Source of the DNA: a virus
Reading direction: 5' to 3' (one strand)
Virus record (IMG/VR): IMGVR_UViG_3300021478_000015
Span: 92,984 to 156,983 of that record
Length of the DNA stretch: 64,000 bases
Shown here in pieces: positions 54,350-64,000 of this stretch. Position 1 is the first letter of the stretch. Every line of letters starts with the position of its first letter. Position numbers and translations under genes: made by a program. Under the pieces are notes generated by a model, which searched no databases, was not told the origin of the DNA, and saw only the letters and a program-made list of their open reading frames with translations.

Positions 54350-56574
54350 TGCCGAGTCAGCCAGAAATCGCCAGCCAGATGGTCTCGGCCCTGGGAGTGA
54401 CCATCCCCGACCTGGACACCTCCATCGGCACGCCCACCCGCAAGATCCTCGACGCCGTGGCCGAGGTGGTGGCCGAGGCCTACGTGGACCAGTTCTTCCT
54501 CGGTTACAACTACGACATCACCAGCCTGTCAGGCTCGTCGCTGGACGACTTCGTCAACCTGTTCGGCATGACCCGCCTGACGGCGCGCCGGGCCACGGGA
54601 GTGGTCACCTTCGCCGCTCCTGCCGCGGCCACCCAGGCCACCTCGGTACCGGCCGGGACGGCGGTGTCCACCTACGACAGTCCGCCCGTCACCTTCGTCA
54701 CCCTCATCACCGGGGTCATGCCCATCGGGGCCATCTCCATCGACATCCCCATCATTGCCCAGGTGGGCGGCTCGAACGGCAACGTGCCGCCCAACTCCAT
54801 CGCCGGGTTCTCCACCCCGTTGTCAGGATTCTCCACCCTGGCCAACACCACGGCCACCACCGGAGGAGCAGACGCCGAGTCCGACGATGCTTTGCGGAAC
54901 CGCTTCGAGAACACCGTCTTTCGCAACATGGCGGGGACCGAGCAGATGTTCCTGGGCACAGCCCAGGAGAACCCGGCCACGGTTATGGCCAATGTCATCG
55001 GGGCGGCCAAGACCCATCTGGAGCAGATTCAGATCACGGGTGGCACCGGTCAGTCCACCATTCAGGCGGCCAAGTACATCTACCCCATGAACTACGTCTT
55101 TGGACCGAGTATCGCGGACCAGAGCCTCCTCAATCCCAACATCCATTACACCTTCAATGCGAACACCTATGCATTAGCGGCTCCGGGGACGGCCCCTCAG
55201 ACCGCCTTGACCGCGGCCACTCTGACCACAGGCGGGACCATTCCCAGCGGTCGGACCCGTTTCTATCGCATTGCTTATGCCACCGCGGCTGGCACCACCC
55301 CGGCCGGGGCCGAAGTAGCTGCCGCGGCCACCACCACGGCCGCTTCCAGCGTCCGGTTGACCTTCCCCACCCCGGTGCCCATCCAGGCCCAGTGGATCTA
55401 TGTCTACGGATCGAACACCACCAACACCGAGACCCTCCTGGCCATCGTGGCTGCCTCGATCACCACCTGGACCGACACCACCGGGGCCACCGGTACCCAG
55501 GCCTACCCCACCACCAACACGGCCGGGTACTCGCCCACCATCACCTCCATCGACGCCGTCAACTGCCCGGACGGGGTCTACGACTTCCAGTTCCAGTACG
55601 TGCCGATGGCCAGCCGCAACGATCCGGTCAACGGGGTCACCAACAAGATCGACATCTACGTCCAGGGGGCCGACGACCAGAGCGCCACCGACACCGTCAT
55701 CTGGTCCACCGGCCAGGTGTTCAACTCCAACGCCGGGGATCCGCTCAACTACACCAGCTACGCCCATCCGGACCTGACCCGGCCCACGCCCGGCAACTAC
55801 TTCCTGCCCCTGACCTTCCAGCCCGTGGTGGGGCTGCCGTCCACCATCACCGTCTCGGCCCTGGGTGGGGTGGCGGTGTCGGGCTCGACCAACACGGTGG
55901 GCTCGGTCATCTACGCCGCTGACGCCGGGACCGGCACCGACGTGGGAGCCATCACCTACTACTACGGGATCGACTACTTCCTGGTCAACAACATCACCTC
56001 GATCGGCGGCAGTCCACACTCCAACTCGGGCATCGAGTGGCGCTCGGTGGCCAACGGCGGCAATCCCCTGCCCCCGGCTAACGCTCAGCTACCGGTCACT
56101 TACAGCTACAACGCCGTGCCCCGCGAGATCGAGACCGCCATCCAGCGTTGGCGGCTGGTGACCACCGACGTGTGGGTCCACCAGTCCAAGCAGATGTTCC
56201 TCAACACCACCTTCGTGGTGGTCCTGGCCTCGGGCTACACCGCCTCCTCGGTGCTCGGGGATGTCCAGAGCGCCATGCAGACGGCCTTCTCCGGGGTGGG
56301 CTTCGACGGCATCTTGTCCACCTCTGAGCTTCTCACCGCGGTAGGCCAGGTGGCCGGGATCCTGGCGGTGCGCTTCGCCACCCAAGCCGACGCCACCGCG
56401 GCGGGCTCGACCAACTGGGCCATCCAGCAGATTAACTCGGCGGCTGGGCTGATCCAGACCTTCTCCTACGGGGGCCGGGCTACCGACGTGTACTTCCCCG
56501 ATGACACGGTGCCGGTCTTCAACAACGCCAACCTCTACGTGAGGGCCTTCAACACTTACATGACGGGGGCCTGA
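54349..56574 (+). CDS. baseplate J-like protein
   Basis: LDDFV.LFG..R..A.G.VTF; GSNGNV; GGADAESDDALR.R. Confidence 0.9.
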   Translation: MPSQPEIASQMVSALGVTIPDLDTSIGTPTRKILDAVAEVVAEAYVDQFFLGYNYDITSLSGSSLDDFVNLFGMTRLTARRATGVVTFAAPAAATQATSVPAGTAVSTYDSPPVTFVTLITGVMPIGAISIDIPIIAQVGGSNGNVPPNSIAGFSTPLSGFSTLANTTATTGGADAESDDALRNRFENTVFRNMAGTEQMFLGTAQENPATVMANVIGAAKTHLEQIQITGGTGQSTIQAAKYIYPMNYVFGPSIADQSLLNPNIHYTFNANTYALAAPGTAPQTALTAATLTTGGTIPSGRTRFYRIAYATAAGTTPAGAEVAAAATTTAASSVRLTFPTPVPIQAQWIYVYGSNTTNTETLLAIVAASITTWTDTTGATGTQAYPTTNTAGYSPTITSIDAVNCPDGVYDFQFQYVPMASRNDPVNGVTNKIDIYVQGADDQSATDTVIWSTGQVFNSNAGDPLNYTSYAHPDLTRPTPGNYFLPLTFQPVVGLPSTITVSALGGVAVSGSTNTVGSVIYAADAGTGTDVGAITYYYGIDYFLVNNITSIGGSPHSNSGIEWRSVANGGNPLPPANAQLPVTYSYNAVPREIETAIQRWRLVTTDVWVHQSKQMFLNTTFVVVLASGYTASSVLGDVQSAMQTAFSGVGFDGILSTSELLTAVGQVAGILAVRFATQADATAAGSTNWAIQQINSAAGLIQTFSYGGRATDVYFPDDTVPVFNNANLYVRAFNTYMTGA

Positions 56575-59500
56575 TGAGCGATCTGACGCCCCCTGGGGCT
56601 CTGCAGCTAGTTCCGGGCACTCCAGGGCCTGCCAGCCTGGACACGGTCACCCAGGGCCTCCTGGTGCCGGTCCAGACCGACCAGCGCTTCCGGCACTTTC
56701 CGAGCGAGATCTACACCCTCACCCCGCACTCCAATCTGGTCCGCTTCCTGCGGGTGCTCCTGGGTGACGCCGGAGCCGGGCAACTACGCAAGCGGCTGGT
56801 GCTCTCTCGCCTGGGCCAGATCATGTCCTCGTCGTACTTTTATGACCTGGACAGCTTCTACGGGGCGCTCTTCGGCATGCAGCGTGCTCCGGCCGAGGCC
56901 CTGTCCATGGACCCCTACAGCGACACCGCCTCGCCCGACGATTGGACCAGCGCGGCCACCGCCGATGCCAGCTATCGCAACCGGCTGTTCCAGTTCGGCC
57001 GAGCCCTGGAGTACGGGCCGTCCCCGGTGGGCATGAAGCTGGTGGCCGAGGCCATCCTGTCGGTCACCTGCGACATCTACGAGAGCTACATTTACGCCGA
57101 TCAGTTGGCCTTGACCTACGGCGGGTTGCAGGCCTACACCTATGCCGGGTTGCAGCAGTTCACCTACGCCCAGCTTGAGGGGGTCACCGGCACCGTCCCC
57201 AACTCCTTGCAGCGCAAGCAGTTCGTCATCGCCCCGCACCGGCCCATCACTCAGGTCGAGGCCAACGACGTGCTGCAGGTCATCGAACAACTCAAGCCCG
57301 CCGACGCGGTGGCCACCATCGCGGCCCAGGGACCGGACGTGTACCAGCCGGTGAAGGCCATCGCGGTGTGGGCCGACTCGGTCTACTGGGAGATCCGTCC
57401 GGCGGTCACCGTCACCACCACGGGGGCCACCGTCCCTTACGGCCAGGCCCAGCCCGGCACCACCATCAGCCCGGCGGTGCCGCCGTTCAACAGCTACCAG
57501 GGCGAGCAGTGGTTCTACAACAAGGACATCGTGGGGGCCATCAGCTACCTGCAGGACCCCATGCAGAACGTGCTGTCCTCCACCGACACCCAGCGCATCT
57601 TCTGGTCAGACGGGACCTACACCGACTTCCTGCCCACCAACGCCCCGCTGCCCTGGTGGATGGCCCTGCTCGGGCGCTACGCCCAGGACGGGGTCATGGC
57701 CATCAACCCGCTCAGCGGGCGGGGCTCCCTGGCCAACAATGCCTCAGCCTCGTTGTCGGACATCACCTTCGACGGGGTGGACATGGACACCCTGTTGCAG
57801 ACCATCAGCCAACAGAACACCACCAACAACAACTTCCAGTTGTCATCGGATTCGACCAGCTTCTGGTGTACCGATAATCGGGCTCAAACCGATCCGTCGC
57901 GTGACATTCTTGAAGTGCGCTTCGGATCAGAGCATACGGTCAATGCGGTGTCGCTGGATGTGGCTCATTTTCCGTCTCATATCTCAGTGGAGTACTACGA
58001 TGATGCGGCTGGTACTTGGTACTCGATGCTGCAGCATGACATCGTGGATTCAGTGCCGGGAGTGCTGGTCAACAACGACGACTATCTCCTGACCAAGATT
58101 CACCCTCAGCATTACGGTGAGGATCACTGGTACTCGCTCTCCACTCGGATCCTGCCCACCAACACCCAGCGGGTCCGGGTGGTCTTGACCAGGCGCACCG
58201 GCAAGGCCCCGGCTTACAACCGGATCACCACCCAGCCCGGACCGTCAGGCGGCTTCGCCACCATCCAGGTGGCGGCGGCCTACTCCCTGGCAGTGCGACG
58301 ACTGAAGATCGGCTACTCCGTCGAGGGCACCGCCGACCTGCCGATCCCGTACCTGCCCAACGGTGGGGTCATCGACGCGGCCACCGACATCATGGGCAGC
58401 CCGGTGCAGTACTCGATGTACCGGGAGGGAGCCTCAGGCCTGCTGGGGGTCATGGGGACGGCCCAGCCGGTGCAGTGGCGCTGCTCGCCGCAGCCTCTGG
58501 CCTCCTCGGTGGTCAGCTTCTACATGGACGTGCGGACCCCGGCCGGGACCGCCCAGGTGGTGGACCGGTTTTTGATCGATCCCACCCACCTGGGCGTTCA
58601 CGCCACCCTGTACTGGTCGAACTCCACGCCCAGCCCGGCCAACACTCACACCGCTCGGGACATCCCGCTGATCTACCCGGCCTCGATCATCAACGGCAAC
58701 ATTGTTCCGGCTGCCAACGGAGTGCAGTTCCCCAACGCCGGGGGCACCACCGGGGACATTGACGTGTCCAATACCGGGCTGCAGTTCGATCCCACCCAGG
58801 ACTGGTGGGTGGGGCTCAGCTTCTTCGCCGCCATGGCCCCAACCCATGGATCTCTGCCGTTCATCGATGTGCGCGGCGTCAAGATCGGCTATGCCGCCGG
58901 AGCCTTCTACATCAACCCCACCACGTTGCTATCGACGGTGGACGCTGGTTTCGAGGACGGCACCATAGGCGACTGGGGTGGGGCCTACGCCTGCACCTTG
59001 AGCAACACCACCGCCCATGCCGTCACCGGTACGCATTCTTTGCGAGCCACCACCACGGCGGTTGGTGAGCCTTATTTCACCAATAACGTGTTCCTTCCGG
59101 TCACCCCCGGTGTCTCTTACGCCGCGACTGGATGGGTCACCGGCTCGAATGCCGCTGATTATGCCATCTTGGGTTATGCCTGGTACGACCGTAACCATAC
59201 CTATATGAGTCAGGTGAGTGGTCCGGCCGTTTCTATTACGCCCTCCATCTGGACGCAGGTAAACGTGACGGCTACTGCGCCCACCGGGGCCGCCTTTGTA
59301 CAGCTTTTCCCCAACATGCTCAACCAGTCCGTAGGTGACACTTTCGATTGGGATGCCTTTTCGATTATTGGATCGTCACTCAGGACCGTGGTTCCCATTC
59401 CCTTGAACAGCCTCATCTATCTGGTAGTGGGCTTCACGCATGCCACCAATACCTGGAGCTTCTCTTATCAGATCAATGCTGCTGGTGATCCCGAACTCAA

Positions 59501-61799
59501 CGTGCCGGTCACCGTCACTGGTCTCCAACCGGCCGGGATGATCGTCACCAGTTATCCCAATGTGCGCGTCGGTGGCTATAACGACAACTCCATACCGGCC
59601 ACCTCGGGGATGTTGCTGCAGAATCTGGTCCTCAAAGGTGAGACCTTGACCAGTGCCACCATCGCCAGTTACCTGACCGATCCGGAGTCATACTCGGTGA
59701 AAGGGTCATTCAACTCACAGGACCAAGGGTTCACCCGTAACGCCTATCTCCGCTTTGATGACACCTTCATCTCCGAGGCCAATCCCTCGGGAATGGTCGG
59801 CGGAGCCCCCACCTTCTACCCGGACTTGTTCTGGACCCCCATCGCCGGGGACTACCTGCTCACCACCGGGTATATCTCCTTACCACCCACCTTGGCCAAG
59901 TTCTGGAAGATCGAGCTAACCAACCTGGCCCCCGAGCCCTACGAGGGCTTCCTGCCGGTGCAGAGCACGGTCAAGACCTTCCCGGCCACGGTCATGAACG
60001 CCTCGATGCCGGGCACGGCCACCCCCGGCTACGAGGGGCCGATGGACGTGGGTCTGCCCACCTTGATCGCCCTGGGCCAGGGTGAGAACACCTACCCCTA
60101 CACCGGGACCATCGGCACCCCGACGCCCACCGGGGCCTCCAACCTGCTGATGAGCCCCACTCAGGTCATGATCTCCAAGGACCCCGGCACGGCCCAGCAG
60201 ATCGGGGCGGCCTCCTGGCTGTACAACTTCACCAACTTCCACCAGGGCATGCAAGCGCCGCGTTTCGCAACTCCGGGCTTTCATAACTACCAGACCTCCG
60301 ACGTGCCCTTCACCTCGAAGCTGGCCTTCTTCTGCGGGTTCAAGACCATCCAGGCCGTCCGCACCTCCCCCTTGGCCCAGAACGACGCCCCGGTGTACTA
60401 CGAGGCCTTCCTGGATGAGGTATTCATCGAGTCCAACACCTTCAACCAGAACCCCGGCGACCTGGCCACCCCCACCAACCCGGCCGATAGCGGTTTGCTG
60501 CCCTGCACCGCTCAGTCGGTGAGCTTCATCTCCACCCATGACGTGACCAGCCTGCAGTTCGCCACCAGCCAGTCCGATGCCGTTCAGGTGGTCTACGACG
60601 ACGACATGCGGAACACCGCCCTGGCCTCGACCACCTGGAATGACACCGGCACCTGGCATGTGGTAGGCGACGTGGCCCCCATCCAGGTCACCTACCTGGC
60701 CGGGTCCAACGCCATCGTCTTCTCCCGCCAGTCGAATCCTCCGCCTCCGGCCCAGAACGTGACCGGCGCGGTCCACGGCATGATGAACCCACCCATCGAG
60801 CCCCCGCTCAAGACCGAGAACCTGGCCCAATCACATGCGGCCACGGCCAACATCCCCTTCGGCGGCATCTGCTCCGCGCCGCTGTTGCTGTCGGCTCGGG
60901 GCCGGGCCTGGGTGGCGGTGCGCTACACCCCCATCACCCCGTTGACCAATCCGTTGTGGGTGCAACTGGTGGACGTGGCCACCGGGCGACTGGTGTGGCA
61001 GGCCGAGACCTCCGGCTCAGCCGGAGCAGTCACCGAGTTCACCGCCCCTTACGACATCGGCTCGGTACCAGGGGTGAACGTGGCCGACTCGTTGTACGTG
61101 CAACTGGTCCAGCAGGGCAAGTCCAACGACGCCATCTCCATCGACACCTTGTCGGTCTTCGATGAGTCCATCGTGTGGGAGTTCTCGGTGGACGGCGGCA
61201 CCACCTTCTGGCAGGCCATCGACAGCCGCAACAACCCCAACGGGGTGCTGCGCTTTCCGGTCGCCTCTCAGCAACTGGTATGGCGGACCACCTGCTACCG
61301 GGAGTCCATGCACATCTCCTCGCTGCAGATCCGGCCCATCTACGAGGGTCAGTTGAACGTGGATACCCAACCTTTTATGCGAGGGCCGAATCTCTCCACT
61401 TTCGACACCACTCCTGATGTCTATAACGATCCGATGTTCACGCAGTGGAACAACCCAGTGCCACGATGGTGGTATCTAGCCTTCAAGCAGTATCCGAATC
61501 TGTTCCCTGACGGCGTGCCTATCATCAACGTCTTCTCGAACTTCTACAACCGTACTACGACGGATGATCTCTCCACCACATTGGTGGATACGGCTACTCG
61601 TATCGTCACTGCGGAGCCCAGTGCATTCGAGTTCTTCGGCCCGGTAACAGATGCCGGGACATGGGTGAGTGGTCTGTTCCACCGGCCCGCGATCGAGGAT
61701 GTCTCGGGCACCTTCGGGGATTCGGCCTCCTTCTTCGTGGTGACTCCGGCCGAGTACGACAACATCATCTCCCCGACCATTACCAAGCTCATCACCTAA
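56574..61799 (+). CDS. large baseplate wedge/tail protein with internal CBM-like domain
   Basis: follows baseplate J; DLDSFYG.LFG..R and TY..LQ..TY repeats; CBM4/9-like domain at about 58925-59370. Confidence 0.75.
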   Translation: MSDLTPPGALQLVPGTPGPASLDTVTQGLLVPVQTDQRFRHFPSEIYTLTPHSNLVRFLRVLLGDAGAGQLRKRLVLSRLGQIMSSSYFYDLDSFYGALFGMQRAPAEALSMDPYSDTASPDDWTSAATADASYRNRLFQFGRALEYGPSPVGMKLVAEAILSVTCDIYESYIYADQLALTYGGLQAYTYAGLQQFTYAQLEGVTGTVPNSLQRKQFVIAPHRPITQVEANDVLQVIEQLKPADAVATIAAQGPDVYQPVKAIAVWADSVYWEIRPAVTVTTTGATVPYGQAQPGTTISPAVPPFNSYQGEQWFYNKDIVGAISYLQDPMQNVLSSTDTQRIFWSDGTYTDFLPTNAPLPWWMALLGRYAQDGVMAINPLSGRGSLANNASASLSDITFDGVDMDTLLQTISQQNTTNNNFQLSSDSTSFWCTDNRAQTDPSRDILEVRFGSEHTVNAVSLDVAHFPSHISVEYYDDAAGTWYSMLQHDIVDSVPGVLVNNDDYLLTKIHPQHYGEDHWYSLSTRILPTNTQRVRVVLTRRTGKAPAYNRITTQPGPSGGFATIQVAAAYSLAVRRLKIGYSVEGTADLPIPYLPNGGVIDAATDIMGSPVQYSMYREGASGLLGVMGTAQPVQWRCSPQPLASSVVSFYMDVRTPAGTAQVVDRFLIDPTHLGVHATLYWSNSTPSPANTHTARDIPLIYPASIINGNIVPAANGVQFPNAGGTTGDIDVSNTGLQFDPTQDWWVGLSFFAAMAPTHGSLPFIDVRGVKIGYAAGAFYINPTTLLSTVDAGFEDGTIGDWGGAYACTLSNTTAHAVTGTHSLRATTTAVGEPYFTNNVFLPVTPGVSYAATGWVTGSNAADYAILGYAWYDRNHTYMSQVSGPAVSITPSIWTQVNVTATAPTGAAFVQLFPNMLNQSVGDTFDWDAFSIIGSSLRTVVPIPLNSLIYLVVGFTHATNTWSFSYQINAAGDPELNVPVTVTGLQPAGMIVTSYPNVRVGGYNDNSIPATSGMLLQNLVLKGETLTSATIASYLTDPESYSVKGSFNSQDQGFTRNAYLRFDDTFISEANPSGMVGGAPTFYPDLFWTPIAGDYLLTTGYISLPPTLAKFWKIELTNLAPEPYEGFLPVQSTVKTFPATVMNASMPGTATPGYEGPMDVGLPTLIALGQGENTYPYTGTIGTPTPTGASNLLMSPTQVMISKDPGTAQQIGAASWLYNFTNFHQGMQAPRFATPGFHNYQTSDVPFTSKLAFFCGFKTIQAVRTSPLAQNDAPVYYEAFLDEVFIESNTFNQNPGDLATPTNPADSGLLPCTAQSVSFISTHDVTSLQFATSQSDAVQVVYDDDMRNTALASTTWNDTGTWHVVGDVAPIQVTYLAGSNAIVFSRQSNPPPPAQNVTGAVHGMMNPPIEPPLKTENLAQSHAATANIPFGGICSAPLLLSARGRAWVAVRYTPITPLTNPLWVQLVDVATGRLVWQAETSGSAGAVTEFTAPYDIGSVPGVNVADSLYVQLVQQGKSNDAISIDTLSVFDESIVWEFSVDGGTTFWQAIDSRNNPNGVLRFPVASQQLVWRTTCYRESMHISSLQIRPIYEGQLNVDTQPFMRGPNLSTFDTTPDVYNDPMFTQWNNPVPRWWYLAFKQYPNLFPDGVPIINVFSNFYNRTTTDDLSTTLVDTATRIVTAEPSAFEFFGPVTDAGTWVSGLFHRPAIEDVSGTFGDSASFFVVTPAEYDNIISPTITKLIT

Positions 61800-61854
61800 C
61801 TCGATAGCCGGATCCTTCGTCCTGGTGTAGTATCCGTATCAGCAGGGTAGGTCA

Positions 61855-62184
61855 GTGAAGGAGGTGATCCGGATGTCGGTGCTGGAGAGTCGGTTGAACA
61901 TGAGCCTGGCTCGGCTCCGAGTCATTGAGGAGGCTCTGCACGGGCAGCACTTCTGGTGCCTGCGCTTCGTGGGCACCGGTCATGGTTTGACTATCCCCGT
62001 CGATGTGCGAATCCTGGAGGACGGGGTACAGTTCGTGGCCATGGTCCCGGCCCGCGTTCCCCATGTCATGATCGAGCTACTGATGGATGGCGAATCGGTT
62101 CAGATGCTCGATGCTTGTAATCGTGATCATGCCTACGTGTTCATCTGGGATTTGAAGGTGGAGAGCCCGCTGGCGGTGGGATGA
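61855..62184 (+). CDS. hypothetical protein
   Basis: GGAGGTG RBS suggests a start at ATG 61873; stop overlaps the helicase start. Confidence 0.6.
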   Translation: MKEVIRMSVLESRLNMSLARLRVIEEALHGQHFWCLRFVGTGHGLTIPVDVRILEDGVQFVAMVPARVPHVMIELLMDGESVQMLDACNRDHAYVFIWDLKVESPLAVG

Positions 62185-63770
62185 CCTACGTTGCTCCCTT
62201 CGATCTGAAGCCCTTTCAGGTCGATCTGGTGGCCCAGGGGTTAGCCCAGGATTCGCTGTGCATCGGAGCCGATTGCGGGGCTGGGAAGACCGTCATCGCC
62301 CTGTGCGTGGCCAGCATGCTCTTAGACGACCACCAGATCGACCACGTCCTGCTCGAATGCGAGAAAGGCAAGCTGTCTGAGTGGGAATACGACCTGCGGA
62401 CCTTCACCCGAGCAACAGTCGGGGTGCTGAGTGGGGGTCCGCAGCAACGTAAGCGGATCATCGCCAACCCACCCCAGATCATCCTGGGGGTCTACGAGTC
62501 GGTCCGGGGAGAGATCGCCCATCCTGAGAAGTTCTGGACCGGTGGGCGCGAGCGCACCCGGCTGGCACCGGGTCCGCTGACCCAGGCCCTGGCCGGTAAG
62601 CGGGTCCTGCTCATCTGGGACGAGGCCTCGGCCAAGCTCGGGGCCAACCGGGGCTCGGCCATGTACAAGCACCATGAGCTAATGCTCAAGAACCTGCGGA
62701 AGACGGGCTCGGTGCGGATCCTGCCCACCACCGCCACGGTGGTCGATCGAGACCCTGAGGGCTGGTTCAACCTGGCCCGGCTCATGGACCCCACCGCTGC
62801 CGGGCGCGTCGAGGACTTCGAGAGCTACCACGTTGGCCGGGACCGTTACGGCAAGGCCATCGTGTTCAAATGCCTGACCCCGGAGGACTGCCCGCCGGGG
62901 ATCGTGAGCTTGCAGGAGAAGATCGGGCACCTGGCCGTCTTCAAGTCCAAGATGGACCCCGACATCGCCGGGCTGTTCCCCACCGTCAAGGTGCAATCGG
63001 ACTACGTGGACCTGGGCGAGCGCCATCAGGAGTTCTACGAGGTCATCGCCCAGACCGACGACGACCACAAAGGCGACTGGCAGTGGAACCGCCAGCTATT
63101 CGGGGTGCTGCGTCAGATCGCCGGGCATCCCTTGTCCCTGGTCCGCAGCGTGGAGATGGCCAAGGCGGAGAAGCGCGACATCCCCCAGGTGGCCTCGGTG
63201 ATCGTCCGAGAGGTGGGTGTGGCGGGCCTGGAGGCCCTGGGGGCGGCCAAGCTGGACCATCTGGTCACCCGGCTGCGCCAGGCTACCCAAGGCGGTCAGG
63301 GGCTCGTCTTCACCTTCTACGGGCAATCGATGTTGCCGCTGATCGAGGAGCGCCTGATCAAGGAGGGCTTCGAGGTGGTGGTCAACCACGGCGCTCTCTC
63401 CTATGCACAAAGACGCCGGGCCATGTCTGACTTTAGGGACGGGGCTCAGGTCTTCCTCTCCAGTGACGCCGGGTGTCGGGGCATCAACCTGCCCGAGGCC
63501 CTGTGGGTGGTCAACTACGAGATGCCGTTGACCCATTCGAAGTGGTGGCAACGCATCAATCGAGCGAATAGGCTCGACTCCAAGTGGCCGGTGACCATGG
63601 TGAATGATCTCGTCGTGCGGAACACCATCGAGGACGGCATCGTGGGGCTCGGGCTCAAACGACACGGCTGGTCCGATGAACTCACCGATGACTCAGAGGA
63701 TGGCTCGAACTATCTCTCTGCCGATGTTCGACGGCGGCTGATGAGGGTCAGCCGCAAGCAAACCGTCTGA
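62181..63770 (+). CDS. SNF2-family (SF2) helicase-like protein
   Basis: GAGKT, DEAS, TAT, SDAGCRGINL, QRINRANR motifs. Confidence 0.8.
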   Translation: MTYVAPFDLKPFQVDLVAQGLAQDSLCIGADCGAGKTVIALCVASMLLDDHQIDHVLLECEKGKLSEWEYDLRTFTRATVGVLSGGPQQRKRIIANPPQIILGVYESVRGEIAHPEKFWTGGRERTRLAPGPLTQALAGKRVLLIWDEASAKLGANRGSAMYKHHELMLKNLRKTGSVRILPTTATVVDRDPEGWFNLARLMDPTAAGRVEDFESYHVGRDRYGKAIVFKCLTPEDCPPGIVSLQEKIGHLAVFKSKMDPDIAGLFPTVKVQSDYVDLGERHQEFYEVIAQTDDDHKGDWQWNRQLFGVLRQIAGHPLSLVRSVEMAKAEKRDIPQVASVIVREVGVAGLEALGAAKLDHLVTRLRQATQGGQGLVFTFYGQSMLPLIEERLIKEGFEVVVNHGALSYAQRRRAMSDFRDGAQVFLSSDAGCRGINLPEALWVVNYEMPLTHSKWWQRINRANRLDSKWPVTMVNDLVVRNTIEDGIVGLGLKRHGWSDELTDDSEDGSNYLSADVRRRLMRVSRKQTV

Positions 63771-63779
63771 GGAGCACCG

Positions 63780-64000
63780 ATGATCACCTCTCTGTCCGAT
63801 CCCATCAAGGAGCGCATCCCCCGGCTGCTGGAGAGCGTGACCTTCGGGGAGGACGTGCAGTGGGAATGCAACGTGCAGCTACAGCCCACCCCGCAGGGCA
63901 TGGTGCCCACGGTGGGGGTGATCCTGATCATCCCCTCCGGCCTGTTGGGCCAGGAGATCGTGGGGGCGGCCGTGATGCCGCTGGGCATGGCCCAACAGGA
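63780..64000 (+). CDS. partial hypothetical protein (runs off the window)
   Basis: GAGGAG RBS and ATG at 63780; no stop before the end. Confidence 0.55.
   Translation, partial: MITSLSDPIKERIPRLLESVTFGEDVQWECNVQLQPTPQGMVPTVGVILIIPSGLLGQEIVGAAVMPLGMAQQ

Overview
This is a GC-rich segment of a large contractile-tailed (myovirus) phage genome, most likely infecting an actinobacterium. By recall, not by search, the capsid, sheath and baseplate proteins resemble those of Bxz1/cluster-C and Rhodococcus E3-type phages. Layout: (1) 1-5 kb holds small accessory ORFs and two sortase-type (LPFTG/LASTG) surface proteins. (2) 5-19 kb is the head module: a 3116-aa protein, a scaffold-like protein, a decoration protein and the major capsid protein. 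(3) 19-41.5 kb holds morons, fibre and collar genes, a seven-member tandem array of C1q-like modules, an 1883-aa lectin/CBM fibre and neck genes. (4) 41.7-61.8 kb holds sheath, tube, a frameshifting chaperone, tape measure, two paralogous tail lysins and baseplate genes. (5) An SNF2-type helicase lies at the end. No terminase or portal is in the window. The standout is the 3116-aa ORF: an N-terminal prohead protease followed by about 20 small modules (up to 9-10 ADP-ribosyltransferase-fold domains, 2 Cys-His-Asp papain/transglutaminase-like, 2 ParB/Srx, 1 Nudix, 2 GNAT). A recurring linker (consensus GLxxF[VLI]A[AS]) punctuates it, so it looks like a self-processing polyprotein that loads effector enzymes into the head. 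Also notable are a fixed-spacing late-promoter-like motif (CTGTC-N11-CAG-N5-CGAAG-N3-TGA, 8 copies) and a roughly 150-nt rod-like structured element directly after the polyprotein. All protein family calls come from motif recognition by eye; no database search was run.
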